From Marsupella aquatica (lineage: Eukaryota > Plantae > Marchantiophyta), in the NCBI GenBank assembly GCA_973895155.1, contig OZ316896.1, positions 7,895,539 through 7,959,538 on the forward strand: DNA of 64,000 nt, given 5' to 3'. Below, piece by piece: positions 13,601 through 24,017 of the stretch. The notes below the pieces were generated by a model. The model was not told the origin of the DNA. It saw nothing but the letters and a program-made list of their open reading frames with translations, and ran no database searches. The translations under genes were made by a program, and so were the position numbers. How positions within the stretch are numbered: the first letter of the stretch is position 1; every line of letters starts with the position of its first letter.

Positions 13601-14553
13601 AGTTGAGTCAGCGGCATCTTTTTGATTAGGCTTAACGACAGAATAGCTATCATTAGACATCGATTAGCGGCACACTAGGAAGAATTAAGGCAGGATCAGT
13701 TAGGATCAGCCGATGTAGGATAGAATCCATCAACGGACTAGAATTTTGGTCAGTAGACTTAGCTACTGCCACCCTGATCAGCGCCCCTTGCCACTGACGG
13801 TCAACTGGTCAGAAGGAGTGCGGCCAGTTAGTCAGAAGGTAGTTAGTCAGTAGGCATTGCCCCGGGAGGTAGTATCTTCCGGCTCCCTTCCGCAAACGTA
13901 GTATTTAGGCTTCCCCTTCCGTTGTGGGAGGGGGAGAAGACTTAGTTCACCTTAGCGCTAGAAAAGGCGAGGCACGAGGAGTCCCGGCCTGAGCAAGGTC
14001 AGAGTGCCCTAAGGAGTGAGAGCTAGAGTCAAGCTTGCTGGGCAAGCGCAAGGCAGGGCCTCGTAGAGACAGGGCATCGACTGCCGTTAGGCCTGCTGAC
14101 CCCTTAGAAGTCGAGTCAACTATGTAAACCGATTCTTTGCTGAGTAAAATGTAGTCTTTTCTCTCTGATTCTATCGCGAGTAACTGGTGTTGTATGCATG
14201 CTTTGTCTGGGCAAAGGTGCCATTTGAAGGGCTGTACCTGGTGCGGACTAATGGTAGGGATTGCCTCGGGTTGCATGTCACAAGGTTCTAAGTCGCGTTG
14301 ATGGCTTGAAAGCCCCAAGCCGGGAGTTAGTCCAAGTCACTAACTGTGGGAATATTCCAGAGGTGGAAAACAAATATACCTATGACCAGTATGAGTTACG
14401 TAAGGATTATACCGGCAAGTATATCGACTTAGCCCGACTTAGGGCTAATCAGGACCACTACACACCTCCTTGCCCGAACCCTCACCCCTACTAGTGGTCG
14501 TGGTCGCCCCAGGGAACTAACTTGGATTTAAGGCCCGAGTTATAGGCGCAACA
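10685..14553 (+). mobile_element. L1: 3.9-kb coding solo-LTR-like element inserted in the Copia RT
   Basis: Termini TGTGACAC...GCGCAACA; 5-bp TSD CACAA (10680-10684 / 14554-14558). The Copia RT frame (KYSTIRLLC|VLVVMFG) rejoins across it. No gag/pol, PBS or terminal direct repeats seen. Confidence 0.88.
11239..13559 (+). pseudogene. L1 ORF: N-terminal helical region, PMD/Transposase_32-like domain, Pro-rich linker, coiled coil (disrupted)
   Basis: ORF pieces 11191-11814, 11929-12231, 12203-12643, 12693-13085, 13152-13559. The block 'YLKEHQLEQFAHLLW..EFISNFD..TKVSGQTLSLT..LHMIEPRSKIS..SHIAIILAWY' aligns by eye with the L2 and L3 proteins. Confidence 0.7.
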
Positions 14554-14558
14554 CACAA

Positions 14559-15533
14559 TAGCCGTATTGTTGAGTACTTAGCAATTGGTGAGAAGACCTC
14601 ATTGTAATCCACACCTTTTACCTGTGTGAATCCCTTGGCTACCAACTAGCCTTGTAGACCTTTGATCCACCTCCCGTAGACTGATCCTTCAGCTTGTATA
14701 TCCACTTGTTGTCCACCACTTGCTTCAGGCCCTTAGGCAGCTTAATAAGCTCCCAAGTTTTGTTGTCCTTCAGTGACTGCATCTCCGTTTGCATTGCTGC
14801 AGTCCACTTTTGCTTCTCCTTTGAAGCACTTGCCTCATGAAATGAAGAAGGTTCCCCTTCTTCCAAAATTAATGCATCACCTTCATCATCAGCCGCAAAA
14901 TTGTCCTCTTGCAGTTGAGATGAATCAACCCACTGTCCATACCTAGGAGGAGCGCGTACAGTGTGACCAGATGTTCTTCTAGCCAATGACTCCGGTTGAA
15001 TTGCGTCTATTGGTACAATTTAAAGCTCAGCAGCATCCACTTGTTTCTCACCAGCATCAACAAACTCCTCTTGTTCCTCTGGCATAGGAACCAACTTCAT
15101 GCTTGGAGCACCTCCTTCTCTCCGATCATGCACTTCATGATCAATCTCCCCCTCAACGAGATTCAGGATAGGAGATTTTCCTTTGTCAGTACGGGAGACC
15201 TGAGTATTCTCCCCCTCCTTCAATAATCTGGATTCATTGAAGGAAACATCCCTACTGACAACGAGCTTACAAGCAATAGGATCCCATAGCCTGTAGGCCT
15301 TCACACCACTCTAGTACCCAAGAAAAATACATTTCTTGGACATAGGATCCAACTTGGTCCTATTCTGCTTTGGTGTGAGAGCATATGCATCACTTCCAAA
15401 AATACCAAGCCATGATAGTCTGCTTGCCGCTTATAACGCATTTCAAATGGTATTTTGAAATTGATTGCACTAGAAGGAGAAAGATTTACCAAATAAGCTG
15501 CAGTATTGACAGCTTCTGCCCAAAATTCCTGTG
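14559..15533 (-). pseudogene. Copia pol: integrase C-terminus, linker and RT N-terminus
   Basis: FWAEAVNTAAYLVN, KAYRLWDP..VVSRDVSFNE, EPSSFHEA..WTAAMQTEMQSLKDNKTWEL, KWIYKLK. Confidence 0.95.
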
Positions 15534-15654
15534 CACTACAACACAAATGGGGTCTTTTGCGAAGCTACCACCTTCTCAATCAACAAAGAAACATGGGATA
15601 TATTTATGAACAATGCGAATCAATCCGCATCGCAATTTCTTCGCAAAATGCAAA

Positions 15655-15951
15655 CTCGGGGGTTTCACTTCCACAAAAATGGCATATCACGTGCGACGAA
15701 GGATAGGGTCATTTTATTGGTTCTAAGGGAAGACTTAAGAATTTTTGTAGAAGAACAATAGGGTCTTTTAAATTCAATTTTGAGACTTATAAGAACATTA
15801 GGGTCCTTTTAATCCAATTTTTAGAATATTCCAAGAATATTCCAACTTTATAGGGGTTAATAAATAAATTTTTTTTCTTACATTTTAGGGGGTCCGAGGC
15901 CTAAAAACGTCGCAGGCGATGGGGAGGTCCCCATATAGTGAGACCCCTGAG
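15655..15951 (+). mobile_element. MITE family 2, copy 1
   Basis: TIR CTCGGGGGTTTCACT...AGTGAGACCCCTGAG; perfect 8-bp TSD AATGCAAA. Confidence 0.93.
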
Positions 15952-16594
15952 AATGCAAAGCTAAAGACTTTGCTTCCGTACTTTCGCAACGATTTTGCAA
16001 TGTGCAAAATTTAGTTTATCGCACACTTGCGATTTAGTGTGATCGCACATTCTTGGCAATATTGCAAAATAAAACAAATTGCAAACGCTTCACACATTTG
16101 CGACCTCGCAAGGATTGCGACCTCATTGCGACATGGTTGGCATCCGTTTCTGTTGCGATTCAGATTGTTTCACAAATAGTTTGCGAAGGTTGCATATTGA
16201 CAAAACTTAGATGGTTTATGCTTTGCATATTTGAGATACATCGGTCATCGCAAGTTTCCCATTCGGAGAGAATGGCAATGTTGAGAAGCATTTTGAATGG
16301 CAATATTGCAATTTTGTGAGGATTGGTCATTTTCGATGACTCTAATTTCTTAAGTATTTTGCAAATGCTTCACGCTTGAGATTTAGGGTTTAATTAATGG
16401 TTACTAGGATACATTGGAGGTAGGGTATACCCAAAAATATGTATAATGAAGAGGCAAAATGCCTGAAGGTACAAAAATTAGGGTTTGAAAGAACCCCACC
16501 TATATAGATAGGGTGGTGCACATATGCATAACTACAGCTAACAAGCATAGCATACCCATATGTAGCTCTAGAAGGCTACCTCCACCAACAACAT

Positions 16595-18585
16595 CTAGAA
16601 TGGGGTCTTCCTACTCCTCTTTTTGGTCCGGGCCCTCTCCCCTCCTCGACGGGTCACAGCCACCCGAGCGGGCACGGGCTCTGGCTCCGGCTCTGGCTCT
16701 ACCTCCCCTGTACCCTCCTCGAGGCCACCATCCTCCTGCCCCTCCTTGTCCTCCTTGTCCTCATCCTCATCCCCTGGCTCAGGTGCTGATCCACCTCTAG
16801 GACGTGAACTACTACCACCTCCAGAGGATGTAACCTGCCTGCTACTACGATGACTATGACTATTGCGCTCATCCACATCGCTGCTGCTAACATCAGAGCC
16901 TGGCTCCTCAGCCCCCTCCGCATCCGTCTCATCGTCATCCTACTTGAAGCATGCAATTAGGAGAGGTCACCAATAAAAGAAGGAAAACTTAATAAAACCT
17001 TGCATAATGAAGACATGCACACAATTTAGAAAATTAAAGTGTTGAGACTTACACTAGCCAATGCTGCATCCGTGATCTCAAAGAGATGCTTTGCCCCAAA
17101 CTTTGCCCCTATCTTCATCTCTTCAAGGTGATTTTGTGGCGATACCTGTTATACTATCAAAGGCCACAATTTAACCAACCCACGTAATTAAGCCTAAAGT
17201 GACCCAAATTAATGCACATAATTCACACCCCACACAAGACTTTAACACTTAGAAAAATTTCAAAAAAATTTGAATTTGCGAATCGATGTACTTCGTAAAA
17301 TATGAAGCTCCATCAGTTGCGAAGCTGTTGTGATATTTTTTGCAAAGCGAACTTCATCGCAAAGCCTTCGGCAAAAATGTTCATGATTGGCTTTGCAAAG
17401 CTTTTGCAAAGCAATCCTCTTTGCAAGAGCTTCGCAAAGCCTGTTATGCAATAGATTAAAAAAAAGGTACCTTGTGCGTGTCAGAGCATATTAGGGCAAG
17501 GCAAAAGCAAGAGGATAGGAAAGAGGTTGGGGCATTGCACATCACAATATATTGAGGAAAGAGGCCAAGTAGTAGGGAAAGAGGAGGACACTCACAAAGG
17601 CTGCCTTTAGGCCGGGGAGTCCACCTTGCCCCATTCTGTGAGTGACCTTGGAACGGCTGGTCACTCGTGCAGCAACTTGGGAGAACTTCTTGGGTGGCTG
17701 ACCCTCTTCGTCCACAATTTGCTGCATGAGTTCTACTTGCTGCTCCAGGGGCTTCAAATCGCGGGTTGTCTTCCCGACCTCCTTTGCTTGGGTGAGCTCG
17801 TCTAACTTCTCCTTTGCTGCTTGCAGGTCCCTACTGGCCCTGATTTGCACCTCAACCTGGTAGAAGGCCTTCCACATGTCTTATGAGAATTGCAGAGGCC
17901 TCTTCAACCTCTTGTAGTTGTCAAGCTCCTTCAGGTAGGCCCTGATCTTCTTCCTGTCATGATATCGAGCCTGAGACATTGAATTTGAAATTCTGTCTGC
18001 AATCCATGTTTCATCCAGGTCTGGTCCATTTCGAAATGCATCTTTGACTTGTGTGGTCACTCTCTTCTGATCCTCACTGGAAAGCTTTCCCCATTCAACA
18101 CCTCTAGGGAAGTTAATGGCCACAATGTGCTTTATGGTGCTCTTAGCCCCTGTGTAAGCAAGCTCCAAAGGCAGGCCATGGGCCTCTACAAGAAGAATAG
18201 GGAGCTTCTTTTGCTCCTCCTCCTTCTTCTGCTGCTCCTCCCTGCTCTTTAGAATCTCATCCCTCTCCTCCTTTCTTCTCTTTTTCTCTAGGGCCTGAGG
18301 AGAGAGGACTCTTGCCTTGGCGCTCTCCTCCTTCTTCCTCTTCTTTGCTTTTCCCTTCTCTTTAGCTGCCTTCCTTGCTTCCTCATCTCTTGCAGCCTGC
18401 CCTGCTTCCAGTCCAGTTTGCAAAGCTTGCCCCAAGATTGCAATCAAGGAGGCCATCCCTGCAGGAGTACTCAAATCCAAGGTACTCAACTCTGCAGCCG
18501 TCACATGCTGAGATACCATGGCAATCAATCTATTCCTCTCCTCCTCTCCATTGTCCCCGCTGCCATTGCCACTACCTGATGCCAT
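16595..18585 (-). pseudogene. CACTA-A second gene, TnpA/Transposase_24-like; exons ~18585-17596, 17145-17053 and a last exon ending at 16595
   Basis: ORFs 17881-18585 and 17542-17877 are in frame across one TAA. Contains the HRMGQGGLPGLKAAF motif followed by a GTGAGT donor and ends KKRSRKTPF. Homologous to the genes in CACTA-B and -C. The TnpA label is inferred from the HxxG motif and context. Confidence 0.7.
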
Positions 18586-19435
18586 AGCTCCTCACCCAAG
18601 ACACCTTGAATCCTCTCTCCCTTTTTCCAATGCCCTTCACCTCGCTCCCTCCCTTGCGCTTTGATCGCGCCGCGAGCGCTAATGAGCCCCGACCCGCCCC
18701 TTTCGGATTTCAAATCGCGTAAAAACAGGCATTGTGAAGCTTTCCGCATCGCAATTTGAGAACCCATGAGCTTTGCAAACACCTTCTCAAAGTTGCAAAG
18801 ACGTCAACTGCGACGCTATTAGTATCGCAACAACATCGCAACTTACTTTAAATTGAATTTGCGAAGCGTTTGCGAAGCGGATAGTATCACATTCTAATGT
18901 TTTAATTGCGATGATGTTTGCGAAGCATCAGGCTTTGGTATAACTTGGCAAACTGAGTGCCATATTTCCACAAGTGCCCATTTTGCATTTTTGGTAAGGT
19001 TTATTGCCACACCCCAATCACTCACTTGTTATGGATGGTTTGTTGAATGTTTAAGGATTTTTTGGACGAGATGATTTGTATGCATATATGCAGGTTTTTG
19101 GGGTTTTGGGTATGATTGATTAACTAAGATGAGTGCTTGTTACCTTTTTTATTGTAAAATAGTCTAGGTTGTTAGATAGTTTAAATGATTAAGAGGGGTT
19201 TGGGTTATTGTTACTTTGTAGGTTTGGAAGGGTTTAACATATTACATTAATTAGTTTTGGAGGGGAATGAGGTTTTAAGATGGGTTAGGTAATTAGAAGG
19301 GGTTTAGGTTCGTTGTTTGGACATATGATAAAGAAGGGAGGGCAAACACAAATTTATTAGGAGGGGTTTGTGGTGTTGGGGTTTAGGGATGACATAAGTA
19401 ATTAGCTAGGAGGGGTTTGGGGTTTAGGGAATGAT

Positions 19436-22400
19436 TGTCACGCCATCGGCCTAGTCCTTAGGCCGATCTACATCTAAGACGGACACTTCCCTTGTTAGTA
19501 TTCGAGTTCAGGCAGGGAGGGACGTGCAGAGTGCGTATAATTCTCCCAAACTAGCGCTAAGTGCGCATACATTTACTTACAAGCATGCTTAGGTATACTT
19601 TGTGTTCCGTCGCTGGAACGTACCTTAGTCAACACGGGGTCGATCCCGGCTTACGGACTTCTAAGCCTTTGTGTTACCGCCTTCGATCCGGATCCATTAG
19701 TACAAGTGCTCAACCCCGGCTCGCAACACCATACCCGTAACCTGCACCCTGTGCATGCTTGGCATAACGTGTTTGGCCTAGCATTGATACTTGCACACGA
19801 GACTCATACATGCATTCATACATAAACATAAATCTCAATTTACACAAAGGAATTGAGGGGAAAAGATTTCATTCATATATGATCATACACTTACGATTGG
19901 GTGACCCGACACCTCGTGAATGAACGGGCCGAAGGCCGAGGGGTATACACTACAACGGAGCCCGGCTCTGCACTCGCCCGACGAGCTTAGTTGTATACCC
20001 TCCCCTTGGCACTCCGGCACTTCACCGAGTTCGGGACTCCCCGCGCGTACCGCAAATGGCCAACTTCTGAGTCTAAAATCCCCCCCTTGCCTCTACCAGG
20101 GGGCTGCTAAATACTAAGGGCTGAGGACCAACCCGGCCTCGTGCCTGAATCTACGCTAACTTATATCCTTGCTAAGCTGGTTACGGCTTGTCCTATTAGT
20201 CTAACCTATTCTACACAGGCTGGCTAATGTGTCAGCGCCGCTATCTTTTGGCCGGCACTTGTCCTAACAGCCTGTTTTAGCTACTTCTAGTTCTATTCTA
20301 ATCCTAACTCTTCGCTAATGCCTGGTGCGCTTGCCAGAGCCGTCCGAGTGGGAGAGGCCATCCCGTTGCCTACGGAGTCTATTGTTGTCCATCTTGAGGA
20401 GCTGGACTTGGTCTAGTAGAGATTCATTCTCTCGCTTTGCCGCGTCCGTCTCCTCAGCTGCCTCCTGGCATGCCTCTTCCAATTGCTGGGCTTTGCTTGT
20501 CAGCTTGTCCACCATTTGGGTCTGCTTCTTGGCTTTGGTTTGAAGCCGCGCTACTTTGGCCTGTAGGGTGGCAATCTCCGCAGTGTCATGCTAGGCCTGT
20601 TCTTCGGCCTCCTCCAGGTCTTTTCTGCCAGATGACAGTTTGATTCTTCAAACTGTCAACCTGGGTCCGGAGCCGTGCAATCTCGGCCTCCTTCCCAGCT
20701 TTGGCCTGTTTGGCTAAGGTGGTAAGGGCATGCGCATTTGCTAACAACTCATCGGCGGCTGCAACCTTGGGTTGTAGTTGCAGAAGCTCAGCCTCTTGAG
20801 TCTCAATTTTTCCCTTTAGGTACACAGACTCAACCCAGTATCGTTCTATCCTCTGAAGGGCCTCCGACTGGGCCCGGCCTGCCTTTACTACGGTAACCAA
20901 CTCCTGGTCAAAGAAGTAGGCTACCTTCCGGGCCATGAACTCCCCGATATCCCAATCAATCTGTTGGGAGAAATCTCCCAAAAGCCCGTTCAGAAATGTA
21001 CCCGGTACGAAGAGTTCCGGGTGGTCCAGGTTGTGCCCGTCCGGAGTTGGGCATGGGCAGACGTCAACCCTCACGGGAGCCGGGGTAGTGACATCCAGCA
21101 CTAGGGATGTAGTGTTGGAAGGGGCTGGAGTGCCCTCCTCCATCATCGTGCTGTCCTCTGGAATAGCCACCGGTGGGTCTTCTAGACCCTTGGGCTCTGG
21201 CAAGGCCTCCACCGCCCCGACTTCTGCACTCGGCCTGGTCTGGTTGATCGCGTCTAAGGTGGCGATCACTGCCTCGTCCGGTACCTCTTTGGCCACGGCT
21301 ACGGCTACTTGTGGAGGTGGGGTGGGTGAGGCCTGCGTGGCCGCCAGACTTTGGGCCTTGGGTTGAGGCCGTCTCTCCAAGGCCGGGAAGACCCACCTAG
21401 TCGAAACCAACTTAGTTACGTTGGCCCGGGGAAGGGTTGGTCGATCAAACCGGGCGTACCACTTGAGAATGATCTCGATGTGGCTCACAAAATATGCCTT
21501 CCCGCCAATGTACAGCGCCTTCCTTTGCCGTTCCATCTCTTCATGGAACTTCTTAGCAAAGTACGACGCCCACTTCCTAGGCCGATAGTTCTCGACCTGG
21601 ATAACCTGGGCAGCGGAGATCTCGTCCCGGGGTTCCATCATGTGGAGGTCGTACCTATGGAACTCCAGCCACTCGGCTATCTCGGGGATGAGGCAGGTCC
21701 TCATCACGAACCCATTGTCCACTGACCCCTCGGAGGGAAAACTCAAGGATTGGTACTTGGCTCCTTTGCCCCCAGGAGCCCGTGATTCAACTCGTTGATC
21801 TCCCTTGGGTAGCCCGTAGATCATCCTGAGCCGCTCCTCTGTGAGGGAAATATTTCTCCCCCGTAGCCGAGTCTGCTGACAGACGTCGTCATAATTCTTG
21901 ACGAACTTTGTCATGTACCTGTAGGTGTTCCAGGGGAGAGAGGCGAGGTGCTCGAACCCCTGAGTCTTCAAGTACACCGCATGTTTGGGGTGGAGGATGT
22001 TCTTATGCACGTTTTCCCCCATGCGGTGCATTGTTACCTTGGCTGCGGCTACCGTGGCCATGGTTAACCTGGATACAGCTGCGGGTTCTTTCCTCTTCTT
22101 TCCCCGAGACTGGCTCCCGTGATGGCTTGGAGAGGGTGACATTTCCCCATCCTCCTGATTGGGTATGGGTAGTGCCACCGCCATTAGTATTGGGGCCGGG
22201 GCGGCTATGGTCACCGTGTTGTCCACCGGAGCCGGTACTCAGGTCTGGGCCTAGGGAGGGGGCGATGTAGTGCTGGCTCCCTGGGTGCTCGCTCCTCTGG
22301 GCCATCTGAGCAGGGGTGGGGTAACCTCGTTGTTGTCGCTGAGGTCCACAGTGTTGACGACGGATCACACTTGTATGGGCGGGGCGACCGGCGGTGGGGA

Positions 22401-23420
22401 CCGGCTAGGCTGAGGCGAAGCCTGAGCCTGAGTCTGAGCCTGAGCTGGTGTTGGTGCGGGTATGGGCACGGGCTTGGCTGGGCCAGCACTGGTGGTTGAT
22501 GGTCTGGTTCCCATGAAGTTTTGCAGGTGCCGGTAGAGGTTTTCTAAAGCAATTGTAGGCGGTCTTGTCGACCGGGTAGTGTTGAACTCGTTGTTGATGA
22601 TGGCCTGGACCCGAGCGGGAATGTGGTCGAAGTGGTGCTGATGTAAGTCAATCATGCCCGGGATAGTGAAGATCGCATCCGGAAGCCAAAGCAATGCCTC
22701 CCAGAAGCCTATGTATTTGGCCCCGTCGAAGAAGTACCCTGATATTCCTTCGGGTCGGTAAAGCTCGCTCTGGGATGGGTAATCAAAGTTAAGGAGGTAG
22801 TGGTGGCGGCCTATTAGGAGGATGGCTCTCTCGTACTCGCGTTCGATTTCGTATCGGCGCGGGTTGGCATGTTTCAATAAGTCGGCCAAGTGCCCCCCGA
22901 TAGACAGGAACTAGGTCCAGAATTGTATGGCCAAACTGGAAAGGATCATGTGTGACATTCAGAGGCGATAGAAGGCGACTAAGGATGGGCGAGATAATTG
23001 GGGTCGAAGCTGGCGCGTGGACTGAAGAATTGGTGCACTGCAAAGGATCGGCCCCCTTTTATACCCTGAGAGCTCGTCGGTCGCCTGACGCCTCCTCGTC
23101 GCTTATAGGCCGAGCCTTTCACGCTTGCAGTGTACCGGCCACTCTGCCAGTCCGGGTCAACGCGTGTCAGTAGCCGCCTCCCGGAGTTTGTTATACGGAC
23201 CCGAGGGGGGCCCATTACACGCTCACAACCCGGGCGTGCAAATGATGACCCGCCGCCAGTCCGAACACGAATGCCCCTTATTGACTAATGATTTCCTACT
23301 CATAATGGCTACCTAAATACTGTTGTTATGCTAATAATTATGGCCTAAGATACCCCTAACGCACGTGCTAGGCGTGGTTAGGCCGAATCACTCATTACCC
23401 GTCGTACCGGCGGCATCACA
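19436..23420 (-). mobile_element. L2: 4.0-kb coding solo-LTR-like element
   Basis: Termini TGTCACGCC...GGCATCACA; 5-bp TSD ATGAT (19431-19435 / 23421-23425). No gag/pol or internal LTR pair. Confidence 0.9.
20315..22889 (-). pseudogene. L2 ORF: PMD/Transposase_32-like domain plus coiled coil (frameshifted)
   Basis: ORFs 22365-22889, 20586-22226 (546 aa) and 20315-20515; motif 'YLKTQGFEHLASLPW..FVKNYD..RLRGRNISLTEERLRMIYGLPKG'. Confidence 0.72.
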
Positions 23421-24017
23421 ATGATGATATAAGTAATTAGGAGGGGTGTTGGGGTTTAGGGATGAGATAAGTAATTTACTAGGATGGGTTTGGGGTTTTC
23501 AAACACGATAAGTAATTAAGAGGGGTTGGGGGTTTAGGGAATGATGAGATAAGTAATTAGGAGGGGTTTTGGGGTTTAGGGATGAGATAAGTAATTTACT
23601 AGGAGGGGTTTGGGGTTTTCAAATAGGATAAGTAATTAAGAGGGGTTTGGGGTTTAGGGAATGATGAGATAAGTAATTAGGAGGGGTGTTGGAGTTTAGG
23701 GATGAGATAAGTAATTTACTAGGAGGGGTTTGGGGTTTTCAGATAGGATAAGTAATTAAGAGGGGTTTGGGGTTTAGGGAATGATGAGATAAGTAATTAG
23801 GAGGGGTGTTGGAGTTTAGGGATGAGATAAGTAATTTACTAGGAGGGGTTGGGGTTTTCAAAAAGGATAAGTAATTAAGAGGGGTTTGGGGTTTAGGGAA
23901 GTGTGATGCCTAGCCAGGAATCACTAGGCCGGTTTACATGGTAAAAGCAGGAGTGTACCCTGGAAACACCTTAGTATAGTAACAAGACAAGGAAAATATA
24001 AACAATTAAGGGTGACT

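Noticed and set aside
20935-21725. Antisense and alternative-frame ORFs over the L elements and transposases (e.g. 20935-21366, 24482-25009, 48824-49267, 61296-61823)
   Set aside because: They are shadows of GC-rich coding strands, low in complexity and without domain motifs.
23421-23901. Regular repeats resembling a CRISPR array or a true telomere
   Set aside because: The spacers are themselves repeated with a 120-bp period, there are no cas genes, and TTTAGGG is not in pure tandem; this is an internal minisatellite.
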